From: a virus
Length of the DNA stretch: 64,000 nucleotides
Virus record (IMG/VR): IMGVR_UViG_3300025132_007963
Coordinates: 64,001 to 128,000 of that record
Reading direction: 5' to 3' (one strand)
In this document: positions 18,536 to 27,670 of the stretch, one piece after another
Layout: the number at the start of each line of letters is the position of its first letter
Numbering within the stretch: the stretch's first letter is position 1
The notes under the pieces: model-generated
The model's database searches: none
The model's input: only the letters and a program-made list of their open reading frames with translations
Told to the model about the DNA's origin: nothing
Program-made: the position numbers and the translations under genes

Positions 18536-19111
18536 CTATACAGTTGAAACTGAAGCTCTAACGTCAAAACGTCCTATAGTTGAAGAGCCAGTTAAAACAA
18601 AACCCACTCGATCAATTCCGTTAATCTTTATAGTTCTCATCACCGCAGATCCACCAGGACCTATACGAACAGCTGCAGGAGTATATCCATCAGATTGAAG
18701 ATTTAAATTTTTTGATCGACCGTCGTTGGTTCCAGGCGATGCATGCCCGGTTTGTATTTCTAGTTTGGCCCATTTTCCAATATCGTAATTGTATCCATGA
18801 ATAACTACCCCAGAGTTTGGCTCAGCGGCGGCTGCGGCTCCTGATATATAAACATGTAAAAGTTTTGCATTGCCTGTCCAATATCCGTTAGCCCCAGCCT
18901 CATTACCGTTTGGATACTGATTTAATCCATCTGATAACTGTCCAGAACCACTAAGTATGGCAACTGAACCGACACTGGAGCTTAAAGCTGCTGGGTTTTG
19001 GCCTGCATCTAGATGGGCATTACCCGAATCAAACGCAGTTAATAACAGACTATCATGAAGACCAAGCGGTCTTCTTGTGTTTCCCATTTTACCTCTAGGT
19101 ATTGTTGCCAT
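18536..19111 (-). CDS. Hypothetical protein (191 aa)
   Basis: SD AAGGAG; preceded by a motif copy. Confidence 0.75.
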   Translation of the reverse strand: MATIPRGKMGNTRRPLGLHDSLLLTAFDSGNAHLDAGQNPAALSSSVGSVAILSGSGQLSDGLNQYPNGNEAGANGYWTGNAKLLHVYISGAAAAAEPNSGVVIHGYNYDIGKWAKLEIQTGHASPGTNDGRSKNLNLQSDGYTPAAVRIGPGGSAVMRTIKINGIDRVGFVLTGSSTIGRFDVRASVSTV

Positions 19112-19132
19112 TTTAAGCTCCTTTAATCAATT

Positions 19133-19140
19133 TAACTAGT
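19133..19140 (-). promoter_or_regulatory. Putative late promoter ACTAGTTA
   Basis: Directly after the bS21 stop, 22 nt before the next ATG. Confidence 0.55.
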
Positions 19141-19141
19141 T

Positions 19142-19360
19142 CTAGTTATTGTTCTTTTTTCCAGTTTCTCTAGAATTAGAATTTTTTCTTCTTTTTTTTG
19201 CGTTTCTCTTTTCTGATTTCTTAATAAAATATCTTTTTTCTCTAGCTTTCTCTAGTATGCCGCTTTTCTTTGTCTCTTTAATAAACTTTTTTATCAACCT
19301 TTCATTTTCATAAAGATCTCTAGTTCTAGCTTGGACGGATACGTATACTGCTTTTCCCAT
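19142..19360 (-). CDS. rpsU: Phage-encoded 30S ribosomal protein bS21
   Basis: 72 aa, highly basic; E.LIKKF.K..KKSGIL...REKRYFIKKSEKR matches the bS21 pattern (L+RF++...+.G+L...R.+..+.KPS..R); SD AAGGA. Confidence 0.8.
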   Translation of the reverse strand: MGKAVYVSVQARTRDLYENERLIKKFIKETKKSGILEKAREKRYFIKKSEKRNAKKRRKNSNSRETGKKNNN

Positions 19361-19373
19361 TGTAATTTCCTTT

Positions 19374-19781
19374 CTAAACTAATTTTTTCCAATTTTTACC
19401 TGCAATAGATAAAAGACCATCAATACTTACACCTTTATCACCGGGGTCATAATTTGATAGAGCGCTAGCTGGGGATGGCGACGACGAGTTGGCGCTGCCT
19501 CCTTTTGATAAGGGTTCTGTATCTTCAAAAATATTGACACCGTTATATGAATCTTTGCCTATAGCATCTAAAAGCATTTTTCTACTGTCTTTTGTTCGAT
19601 CAGATTTTGTGCTCTCTTGTAATTTAAATGCCGGTATTGGTGTTTCCGCTATCACTGGAGTGTTTAACCCTTTTGCAACTTCAGTTATTATACTAGATAA
19701 AACACCATCTTCAAAAACAACTTCTTTTATACATTGTTTTATTAGCGGCTTCAACGCACTTTTAAGTTCATTCTTTGTCAT
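19374..19781 (-). CDS. Hypothetical protein, likely internal head protein
   Basis: MTKNELKSALKPLIKQCIKEVVFE N-terminus with several (I/L)xE sites; sits between the protease and bS21. Confidence 0.7.
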   Translation of the reverse strand: MTKNELKSALKPLIKQCIKEVVFEDGVLSSIITEVAKGLNTPVIAETPIPAFKLQESTKSDRTKDSRKMLLDAIGKDSYNGVNIFEDTEPLSKGGSANSSSPSPASALSNYDPGDKGVSIDGLLSIAGKNWKKLV

Positions 19782-20386
19782 TCTTGTTCTCCAACAATTT
19801 CATTAAGCAAGTTTTTGATATTATCAGATTTAGTATTGCTAGAGCCTTCGAGAATACTCTTTGCCTCTTTCATCATGTATGCACCAGGAGTAGAGGGATC
19901 TGACACCATGTCAAAGCAGATTAATTGAAAGTCATCTTCCACCATTGTTGTGCCATTTTGTTCCGAAACTGATCCCATTCCCCTAGAAGATATACCGCAA
20001 GGTATTTGATGCTGTATTAAACTTCTTAAAATCTGTCCTGCAGGTGTTTCGAGCACTTCTATTTTGCCCATAACCTTTTTTCCTTCCATCCAAATATCCG
20101 TTACAAGATGTGAACAATTAGCTAGGTTAACAACTGATGAATCAGGATGATCTAATTCTCCTAGTGCTCTACGTTCTTTAACTGCATTTTTGTAGTTTTC
20201 TACCTCTCGCTCTAATATAGCATGGGGATAAACTCTATCATTGCCATTTTTAGTTTCAGACATTTGCATCACACCAGAAAGTATAACTGCACCTTCATCT
20301 CTAACTCGGCGCTTTTCATCTTCTGTTAGTAGATCTTGACATATGCCACCATCACATAATTCAAAGTATTCTCTTAAGAGTTTCAT
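19778..20386 (-). CDS. gp21: Prohead core protease (gp21-like)
   Basis: NGNDRVYP..IL, ALGELDHP, GISSRGMGS, FDMVSDPSTPGA motifs (His and Ser catalytic regions). Preferred start ATG 20386 with SD GAGGA; an in-frame ATG also exists at 20422. Confidence 0.93.
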   Translation of the reverse strand: MKLLREYFELCDGGICQDLLTEDEKRRVRDEGAVILSGVMQMSETKNGNDRVYPHAILEREVENYKNAVKERRALGELDHPDSSVVNLANCSHLVTDIWMEGKKVMGKIEVLETPAGQILRSLIQHQIPCGISSRGMGSVSEQNGTTMVEDDFQLICFDMVSDPSTPGAYMMKEAKSILEGSSNTKSDNIKNLLNEIVGEQE

Positions 20387-20402
20387 GTTCTTGTTTCCTC
20401 TT

Positions 20403-20417
20403 GCGGGGGCCACCCGC
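20403..20417 (-). other. GC-rich RNA hairpin GCGGG-TGGCC-CCCGC
   Basis: 5-bp all-GC stem in an AT-rich genome, 5 nt after a TAG and just before the protease SD. Confidence 0.5.
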
Positions 20418-20422
20418 TTCAT

Positions 20423-20488
20423 CTATGATCCTTTACAGCAATTTGCCACAGGGCGCAACATCCACCTAATCTTGGTTACTGGTTTCAT
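20423..20488 (-). CDS. Micro-ORF, 21 aa (MKPVTKIRWMLRPVANCCKGS)
   Basis: SD AAGGAG; ends in a TAG that is in frame with the protease ORF. Confidence 0.55.
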   Translation of the reverse strand: MKPVTKIRWMLRPVANCCKGS

Positions 20489-20501
20489 TTTTACTCCTTT
20501 C

Positions 20502-20831
20502 TCACTTTTCTAAAAAGTTGATTGTTCTTTTTCTAACTGGTTTATAAATTTTAAAACCCTCATCACAAAACAACACATCTAAAACATAAGCTGTTGCAGA
20601 ACTAATTGTTCCACATAAAAAAGCTGTTATAGGCGAATTATCAAAAGTAAATAGTTCTGTGTGATCCTTTACGAACCACAAAAATAAACCAACCCAAAAA
20701 CCCATACACATCGTACAACTAAATAATTCGCCTAGTTTTCCGGTTGTTGGTCTTATTGAATTGAAAATTTTTCCGTAAACAATAATCTGGGTTATTCCAA
20801 AAGAGCACAAAACAAAATATAATAAATTCAC
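20502..20831 (-). CDS. Small membrane protein, DUF1360-like
   Basis: Three hydrophobic segments; C..C.GFW.G motif (CTMCMGFWVG). Confidence 0.6.
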   Translation of the reverse strand: MNLLYFVLCSFGITQIIVYGKIFNSIRPTTGKLGELFSCTMCMGFWVGLFLWFVKDHTELFTFDNSPITAFLCGTISSATAYVLDVLFCDEGFKIYKPVRKRTINFLEK

Positions 20832-21424
20832 TTATCCTCTCTTTCTCTCAACAAGGAATACATATATTGATAACCATATGGGCTTACTCTTGAATCCATA
20901 GAGCCCTTTCTGTCAGATTGAGGAATTTCCCCTAACTCTGTGCTATTTTCTTCATCTGGGCTAAGCAGATGTAAATCAAAGTTTCTCTGCATATCTTGTC
21001 TTGTTAGTATATCAGCTTTTTCATTTTGCATAAACAAGCTAGTAATAAAAAGAGCAGACTGAACTGCATTTATTCCCTCTATTTTTGATTCATATATACT
21101 TGATTCTATGGAAGAATAAACATTACCACTCTGTATGCTGCTGGGGTCGATGATGCCTTTTTTAACTAAAAATTTATGAAAACTCTCCTGTACAGGATAA
21201 GTCTCTCTTTTCATTATATCCTTTGGAAAAGAAGTGATTTTATTTTTTTCTGGTGAAATTACCACATCGATTAAATCATGATCAAAGATCATAATGTCGC
21301 CATTCAATGCTCTCCTGGCGTTAAGTTCTACTTGAACTGGCTCAGGGCTATCAGCAACTATCTTTATTTTTATAGCGCCGGTCTGTTGATTCTCATCTTT
21401 TTCTATTTTTACATTAACTGACAT
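20828..21424 (-). CDS. Hypothetical protein in head module
   Basis: ORF track start 21433 is a TTG; ATG at 21424 preferred. Confidence 0.7.
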   Translation of the reverse strand: MSVNVKIEKDENQQTGAIKIKIVADSPEPVQVELNARRALNGDIMIFDHDLIDVVISPEKNKITSFPKDIMKRETYPVQESFHKFLVKKGIIDPSSIQSGNVYSSIESSIYESKIEGINAVQSALFITSLFMQNEKADILTRQDMQRNFDLHLLSPDEENSTELGEIPQSDRKGSMDSRVSPYGYQYMYSLLREREDK

Positions 21425-22241
21425 CTTTCTCAAACTCTTCTGTTAGGTTTTGTATTTTAAGTATCTCCTCTAGCATATTTTCATCGATCTCTCTGTGCAA
21501 ATAACTGTCAAGTTTGTTTAAAACTTCTTGTGATTTAATAGAAATCTCTTGATCTGAAGAAGACATCTCGCTTGAAACAATCTTACTAACTTTTTCTTTT
21601 AGTTCTCCTACCACTTCGTTTAAGTGTATTTTTAATTCCAAACCATCATCAACAAAAGACGTAACATATTTTGTTAAAAGAACTTTTTGCCCTTCCTTCA
21701 ATGATGAGTATTTATCATTAAACTTGCTTACAAAAGTCTTGTACACTAAATTATCAATAGGATCTTTGAGATTGTTAATTCCCTCTCTATCTATTACCAT
21801 GTTTTCAACAATTTTATTTTCTAGCAAGATCTTTTCTTTTACAGACACTGCATCATTAAAAATAGAATATATACTAGCCAAATTTTTATAACTTGGCACA
21901 AAATTGTTAAAGACATCTGGAGACAATATCTTATTTATCTTTTTTATTAGATGACTTTGTTCTTTAAATAAAACCTTTTTATCAATTTTAGAATATTGTA
22001 TTTTTGATTCTATGATCAATTTTTCAGCTGTATCTTTTTGCAACCCTTTTGTTTCACACAAACTCTTATATAACTCAAGCTCTTTGTGTAGGGTGCTATC
22101 TTTTGAAAAATGTTCTTTCAAAATGGAAGCAACTTTATTCTTTTGGTTTGATTTGTTTTTAATAACAGCCTTTGTTAACTCTCTAACCAACGCCTCATAA
22201 ACAAACGCAGTATTTCTTTTCTTATTGTGCCTTAGTCTCAT
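21414..22241 (-). CDS. Hypothetical helical protein adjacent to portal (possible prohead core component)
   Basis: ORF track; overlaps the portal stop; function inferred from position. Confidence 0.7.
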   Translation of the reverse strand: MRLRHNKKRNTAFVYEALVRELTKAVIKNKSNQKNKVASILKEHFSKDSTLHKELELYKSLCETKGLQKDTAEKLIIESKIQYSKIDKKVLFKEQSHLIKKINKILSPDVFNNFVPSYKNLASIYSIFNDAVSVKEKILLENKIVENMVIDREGINNLKDPIDNLVYKTFVSKFNDKYSSLKEGQKVLLTKYVTSFVDDGLELKIHLNEVVGELKEKVSKIVSSEMSSSDQEISIKSQEVLNKLDSYLHREIDENMLEEILKIQNLTEEFEKDVS

Positions 22242-24183
22242 TTTTGCTCCTCATTTCTAAATTCTCTATAAGTCGCTTAATATCAATACTTATTTCATTT
22301 ATAAGCGTCTCTTCCTTTAAGTAAGTAGTATCTTTCTCTTCAGAAACGACCCCCTTTCCTAGCCTCTTTAAGTCTTGATATCCAGGGTAAGTCGTTCTTT
22401 CAGTTCCTGTTTCCCGGGAACCCAGTCTGGCCAAGTGACGTGATCGAGCCCCCAAATCTCTTTTATCAACTGTTACAGGCTTATATACCTTGCCTTTTGA
22501 TCGATCTCCATCGTTACGCTTTCCTGGTGCTGTTAACAAAACGTCAGCCGGTTGACCAGGTGGCTGATCACCCGTTTCTGGTGGTGTGCCAAAGTCTGGC
22601 TCAGGACCTGCCGTTCCGGAACCAGGAGCTTCTGGGGTTGCTTCCCCGAATTCATCACCAAGGTTTAAGTCGTCTCCACCAGCTACAGCTTCTGTTTCGG
22701 CAGCAATTGCAGCCGAAGCTTGTTCTGCAGTTGCTTCAAGAACCGCATCGTATTTTCTATCATAAAACATCTCTCTTTGATTTCTAAGGAATTCATCTTC
22801 TGATAGGGCAAATATTCTTTCTGCAATCCATCGCTTACTAAAGAAGCCTTCTGTGGCAGAAGAAGCGATATCAAACTTAATTTTCCAATGCTCAAGTTCT
22901 TGAAGTTCAGCGATCTTTGAAGGGTTGCTCAAAAATAATTTAAAAGAAGTTAAGTCTTCACCACGAAAGCCAAGTATATAAAGGTGAACAATCGCTATCT
23001 TTTCTAGCTCTGTGATAATAGATCTTTGTAGTCTCTGTATTGTTCTTGCAAACCTCACATCTTTTTGAGCTAAGGTAGTTTTGTCTTCCTCTGCGCCTTC
23101 AGTACTAGAAAGGTATGATGGTGGAATCTTAAGTGCTGAAAACAATTTATCTCTTAAGTATTTTACATCATCGATGTCACCAGTGTATGTACCTCCAGGC
23201 AAAGTTTCTACTTTTGAAGACGTGCCGCCTCTTACGGGAATAAAATAATCTTCATCAATAGACATTGGGTTGTATCTTAAATCAACGCGACCAGTATTTG
23301 GATCTACAACTTGATTTCGTTTCATTTGTGTCATAACTTTTTGCATGTATTGTTCTACATCTGCTGGAGGAATGTTTCCGACATCAACATAAAAAACTCT
23401 TCTTTCCGGAGATCTGACAATTCTATATGCCATCATGGCATCTTCGAGCAATGTAAGTTGTCGCCATATTCTTCGACCTGGCTCTAGAGCGCTAGTACCA
23501 TATGGAGCGTACTTATCATTACCCAGTATCCTAAAGTGTGCAATTTGCCAATTTTCAAAAGTCATTCCCGCTGAGTTCCATTGATACTGAACATAATTTG
23601 GGTTTGTCTTGTCTTCCCCTTCTAATCTCTCAACCTCTGCAGTTGGAAGCCCGATGACACTTTGAATACCGATAGTCTCATCAATGTCTAGATATAGATA
23701 AAAGTCTCCATACTTACACATCGTTCTACACCACCCAAATAGATTAAATTCTAAATTTAAAACTTTCGAAAATAGTGTCTCTACTATGTTTTTGATTTCA
23801 TCGTTGGCGCATTGAACATTGAGCAAAGGATGTAGGGCACTAGAGGTTGTCATTTCATCTGCATATATATCTAGAGCAGATGCTATTTCTGGCGTGTATT
23901 CCATTTGGTCGAAATCTACATATCTTTCAATTCTGTTTTGATTAGTCATGACAGCTGCCATCAAATTATCAAATGGATTGTATTCTGTCTTTTTAAATTG
24001 TTGACCACTAGCAGACCTAAAACGATTTGCATATTTATCTAAATTTCTTCTTCGAAGGCGGCGTGCCGTTTGTGTTCGATAATTCACCATAGGGCCAGAT
24101 AGTAATCTTGTTAGTTTTTTGAACAAATTACTATCAGGGTTTCTAGGGTTGTTGTTGTTTTTATTTACTTTGCCAGTTGCCAT
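22222..24183 (-). CDS. gp20: Portal protein (gp20-like)
   Basis: EIASALDIYADE, YGTSALE..RRIWRQL.LLEDAM..YRI.RSPERRVFYVDVGN.P, EDYFIPVRGG, LPGG, DDVKY...KLFSALKIP motifs. Confidence 0.96.
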   Translation of the reverse strand: MATGKVNKNNNNPRNPDSNLFKKLTRLLSGPMVNYRTQTARRLRRRNLDKYANRFRSASGQQFKKTEYNPFDNLMAAVMTNQNRIERYVDFDQMEYTPEIASALDIYADEMTTSSALHPLLNVQCANDEIKNIVETLFSKVLNLEFNLFGWCRTMCKYGDFYLYLDIDETIGIQSVIGLPTAEVERLEGEDKTNPNYVQYQWNSAGMTFENWQIAHFRILGNDKYAPYGTSALEPGRRIWRQLTLLEDAMMAYRIVRSPERRVFYVDVGNIPPADVEQYMQKVMTQMKRNQVVDPNTGRVDLRYNPMSIDEDYFIPVRGGTSSKVETLPGGTYTGDIDDVKYLRDKLFSALKIPPSYLSSTEGAEEDKTTLAQKDVRFARTIQRLQRSIITELEKIAIVHLYILGFRGEDLTSFKLFLSNPSKIAELQELEHWKIKFDIASSATEGFFSKRWIAERIFALSEDEFLRNQREMFYDRKYDAVLEATAEQASAAIAAETEAVAGGDDLNLGDEFGEATPEAPGSGTAGPEPDFGTPPETGDQPPGQPADVLLTAPGKRNDGDRSKGKVYKPVTVDKRDLGARSRHLARLGSRETGTERTTYPGYQDLKRLGKGVVSEEKDTTYLKEETLINEISIDIKRLIENLEMRSKNETKAQ

Positions 24184-24187
24184 TATT

Positions 24188-25777
24188 TTATCCCTTAATT
24201 AGCCATGAGTATTCTTGTCTATTCTTTACATCTTTTTTCATATTGTCGAAAACACTGTCTTGTTTTTTATATGAATTCATTCCAGGTATAGAAGTGTTTA
24301 GGCTAGTTTTAGAAATCATCATAGAATCAATAAACGTTTTTTTATACTCTAAACTTCTTTGATTTTCAACCAAAGCTGTATCTCTAACCCAGCAGCCTAT
24401 AGCACTAGCCATAATCAAGTCGTCGTTATAACTTCTCATTGCTTCTGGCTTACCATTATTCCAAATAAAAGTTTTCATCTCATTATACAATCTAGCTGAG
24501 TATATTTTAATTAGTTTGTTTCTTACGAATTCCTCAAACTTAGCAATAATTAAAGGTCTTGTCTTTGAAGATGTAGTAAAACCTGCGATTGAGTTAGACA
24601 CACCTTCTGCTTGATATTGGTCAATGTACTCATGAGTTGACTTAATTGAATAATAAATGTTTGGGTATCCTTTATCTCTGAGTTTTTCTAAAACTGCATA
24701 CCCAACTGAGTTGTTTTCAACAACCATCATTGATTTTCCATACTCAGCTCCTAGGCTATATAACACCTCAGAAAATACATCTGGTGCAACCTTACCTTGA
24801 TATTCAGCTACAAGCTCCATTGTATTAATCTTGAACACCTCACAAACAGAATAGTCTCTACCATCGCCTCTTGCAACGTCTGCTGATATGAGATATTCAG
24901 ATCCAGGTTCATACTCTTTCCAAATCCAGAGATTTCTATCAAATCCCGTTCTATATTTTGGATCACACACAAAACTGTATAGCCATTGCATATCATCACC
25001 ATGAAAAACAGTTTCACCAGACATGTTAAAGTTACACTCTAGCTCTTGCGCTATTTCTCTTCTTGACATGTTTTTGGTTTCTTTTGAAAACCATTCCTGA
25101 TCTCTATCTGGGTGTCGATTCCATAATAATTTAGTTGCATAAAAATCATTTGATTTTTGCTCAGCCTCAACATAAGTTTTGTGAAACCAATTGCCGACAC
25201 CGTTTGGAGTAGATAGTGCTATGCAGCGGCCACCAGTTGATAGCGTTGGATACAAACCCATCCACAGCTCGCCCAAGCCCTCAACGTGAGCAGCCTCGTC
25301 AACCACAAGGAGTGATAGGGCTTCAGAACGACCAGCATCCCCAGAGGTTGAAGATGCTTTGATCTGTGATCCATTTGATAGTTCAAACGATGTTCTGTTA
25401 TCAATTGTTACGTGTGCAACCATAATCCATTCAGGTAAATTCTTAAGAATGTTTTTTACTTTTTTTACTAAGTTGGAAGCAGTACTAAATTTTGTTGCAA
25501 TGACGAGGACATTTTTTTCTCTGTGAAAAAGCATTAGCCATACAATATATGCAGCTGATATTGTAGAAATGCCCAACTGTCTAGCTTTCAATATTATGTT
25601 GAAGCGCCTATCTCTAAAATCATTTACCAAATCTTCTTGAAAGTCATAAAGATGAAAAGGTATTAAGCCTTTTTGTGGGTGTGTAATTTTCGCATAATTG
25701 TTAATAAAATAAACGGGGTCCTTTCCGCATTTTAAGACCTCGCGCATTATTTGTTTTTTCGAAAGCTTGTAGGACAT
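24188..25777 (-). CDS. gp17: Terminase large subunit (gp17-like)
   Basis: Walker A ARQLGIST, Walker B LLVVDEAA, STPNG coupling motif, nuclease ADVARGDGRDYS and DDLIMA. Confidence 0.96.
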   Translation of the reverse strand: MSYKLSKKQIMREVLKCGKDPVYFINNYAKITHPQKGLIPFHLYDFQEDLVNDFRDRRFNIILKARQLGISTISAAYIVWLMLFHREKNVLVIATKFSTASNLVKKVKNILKNLPEWIMVAHVTIDNRTSFELSNGSQIKASSTSGDAGRSEALSLLVVDEAAHVEGLGELWMGLYPTLSTGGRCIALSTPNGVGNWFHKTYVEAEQKSNDFYATKLLWNRHPDRDQEWFSKETKNMSRREIAQELECNFNMSGETVFHGDDMQWLYSFVCDPKYRTGFDRNLWIWKEYEPGSEYLISADVARGDGRDYSVCEVFKINTMELVAEYQGKVAPDVFSEVLYSLGAEYGKSMMVVENNSVGYAVLEKLRDKGYPNIYYSIKSTHEYIDQYQAEGVSNSIAGFTTSSKTRPLIIAKFEEFVRNKLIKIYSARLYNEMKTFIWNNGKPEAMRSYNDDLIMASAIGCWVRDTALVENQRSLEYKKTFIDSMMISKTSLNTSIPGMNSYKKQDSVFDNMKKDVKNRQEYSWLIKG

Positions 25778-25779
25778 TC

Positions 25780-26379
25780 TTATTTGAGATTAGGATTTCT
25801 CTGACCGGTAGTGACCTTAAAAGGATTAAATTGCTTATAGTTATCACCGGGAGCGTCAGAGTTTTTTGGTCGCTTTCCAGCGCCACCAAGTTCTAGAAAC
25901 TTCTTGAAGGTTGCATCTAGGCGATCCTTACTGCCATCTTTTGCATCATCCTGACTACGCAGTGGATTACCACCGATCTGGTAGCAGGCACAGGCGACAA
26001 CTGTGGTGCGAACTCTAGATAAATATTCAACGTGTACCTCAAGTTCTCTTGATGCGGTCAGAGAAATTGAATTACCAGTTAATTTACTAAACTCTTTCTT
26101 GATAAAAGAAACTACTTTGTTCAACATACCTTCTATTTCAGATTCAAAATTTGAATTATGAAGCTCCTTAAGTTTGATGTCACGCTGATATGTCAAGAAT
26201 AGTTTGTCACCATTAATTCTTGCTTTAAATCCATCTATCACGCGTGAATCTAATATTGGATCCCCCTCCTCCCTTTTAAGGCCGATCTTTATGTTTTCAT
26301 CGTTTTCATCTTTAGCTCCGTCATAGCTATTTGCCATAACTTGAGAAATTCCATTGATCACATCTAATATAGTTGCCAT
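25780..26379 (-). CDS. Hypothetical protein upstream of terminase
   Basis: ORF track; SD GAGG; first gene after a motif copy. Confidence 0.75.
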   Translation of the reverse strand: MATILDVINGISQVMANSYDGAKDENDENIKIGLKREEGDPILDSRVIDGFKARINGDKLFLTYQRDIKLKELHNSNFESEIEGMLNKVVSFIKKEFSKLTGNSISLTASRELEVHVEYLSRVRTTVVACACYQIGGNPLRSQDDAKDGSKDRLDATFKKFLELGGAGKRPKNSDAPGDNYKQFNPFKVTTGQRNPNLK

Positions 26380-26403
26380 TTATAAACCTCACTCTATACT
26401 AAA

Positions 26404-26411
26404 TAAATAGT
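26404..26411 (-). promoter_or_regulatory. Putative late promoter ACTATTTA for packaging/head operon
   Basis: 25 nt upstream of ATG 26379. Confidence 0.6.
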
Positions 26412-26426
26412 AATTATAAATTCTAT

Positions 26427-26816
26427 TTACCTTAAAGTTTCAGGCCTCCAGCCTGAAAACCAACGATCCTCTCTATCTTCAACATATTTTACGTAACACT
26501 CAAAGCAACATTCAAACTTATTCATGTAAACATCATCTTTTGTTTTAAAAGAATAATGATTACATACCGGACAGGTTCTTGTTGATTTTTTATTCAGAAA
26601 AGTCTCAGAAACTAAAAAACCTTTATGTTGTTTCTTTTCTGTTGCATCTTCTTTTTTGTTTATTTTTTTATAGAATTTTTTTAAATCTTGAAGATATTGC
26701 TTTTCTTTTTCTTCATCCCAATTAGATTTAGGATTTTGTATAGTTTTGTCACCGTATTTTTGCGCGATAGCTTTCTCTATTTTAACAACAATATTTGGAT
26801 CATCTTTATCACTCAT
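26427..26816 (-). CDS. Hypothetical protein with C-terminal zinc-finger-like motif
   Basis: CPVC...CCFEC. Confidence 0.7.
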   Translation of the reverse strand: MSDKDDPNIVVKIEKAIAQKYGDKTIQNPKSNWDEEKEKQYLQDLKKFYKKINKKEDATEKKQHKGFLVSETFLNKKSTRTCPVCNHYSFKTKDDVYMNKFECCFECYVKYVEDREDRWFSGWRPETLR

Positions 26817-26817
26817 T

Positions 26818-27192
26818 TCATATGACCTCTTCTGTCTCGCCTATTGTTAAAGTTTTCATCCCTTTATCTCTTATAAGGTTATGAGCTATGGCTCTCAAGC
26901 CAGGTTTAGCTGGATCCATATCATTAATTAGGTATCTGGGGCCTCTTTCGATGCCCATTATTAGCCTATCCCATGGCACTTCGTGCAAAGCTAATTCTCT
27001 TATTGTGTGTGTCCTGTACTCCTCTGGTCTAGCTGTTGTTAATATAATCATGCAGTCTTGTTGTTTCCACTGCTTGATTTTTTCTAACGCGCCAGGAGTT
27101 AATTCAGGATTGGTAGTCTTGTATGTTTCAAATTTCCGATACTTGAAAATGGTTCCATCAATATCACAAAAAATAGTTCTATTCTTTTTCAT
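26818..27192 (-). CDS. HAD-superfamily phosphatase (small, cap-less)
   Basis: Motif I FCDIDGTI, motif II LTTAR, C-terminal IND. Confidence 0.8.
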   Translation of the reverse strand: MKKNRTIFCDIDGTIFKYRKFETYKTTNPELTPGALEKIKQWKQQDCMIILTTARPEEYRTHTIRELALHEVPWDRLIMGIERGPRYLINDMDPAKPGLRAIAHNLIRDKGMKTLTIGETEEVI

Positions 27193-27193
27193 A

Positions 27194-27670
27194 TTAATCC
27201 TTCATTTGCATGTGAGAAATATAAACAACTGCAGATGTCATTAGTGTTCCCACTGCAAAACCCGAAATTACCCACCATATAGAATTATCATTTGGTCTTT
27301 TGAGTGCTGTCTCTTGAAGCTCTTTTATCTCTTTATCTTTTATATTAACTATGCCATTATATTCTTTTTCAATACTCTCTACTCTTAGCTCTAATTTACC
27401 TATCTCAAGTTGATAATCAGCTTTCATCTCTTCAAGAAGCCGACTAGCATAAAGAGCACATTCTTTTTTCTTTAATTGCAGGGCAGTGTTTATCTTTGCA
27501 AAGGCATTATCATCAAAACACCATGCATCAAACGGCACTGTTTTACCTTTTTCTACTTTTGAAAACTTTCCGTTTTCTATATTTTGCCCATAAACATTAA
27601 ATGGGCTGACAAACAGACTAATCGATATAAGTAAAGCCAAAGGCTTCTTCAATTTGTTTTTTAATAACAT
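27194..27670 (-). CDS. Exported coiled-coil protein with C-terminal TM helix (spanin-like candidate)
   Basis: N-terminal signal-peptide-like segment, central coiled coil, C-terminal hydrophobic helix; no lipobox Cys. Confidence 0.5.
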   Translation of the reverse strand: MLLKNKLKKPLALLISISLFVSPFNVYGQNIENGKFSKVEKGKTVPFDAWCFDDNAFAKINTALQLKKKECALYASRLLEEMKADYQLEIGKLELRVESIEKEYNGIVNIKDKEIKELQETALKRPNDNSIWWVISGFAVGTLMTSAVVYISHMQMKD

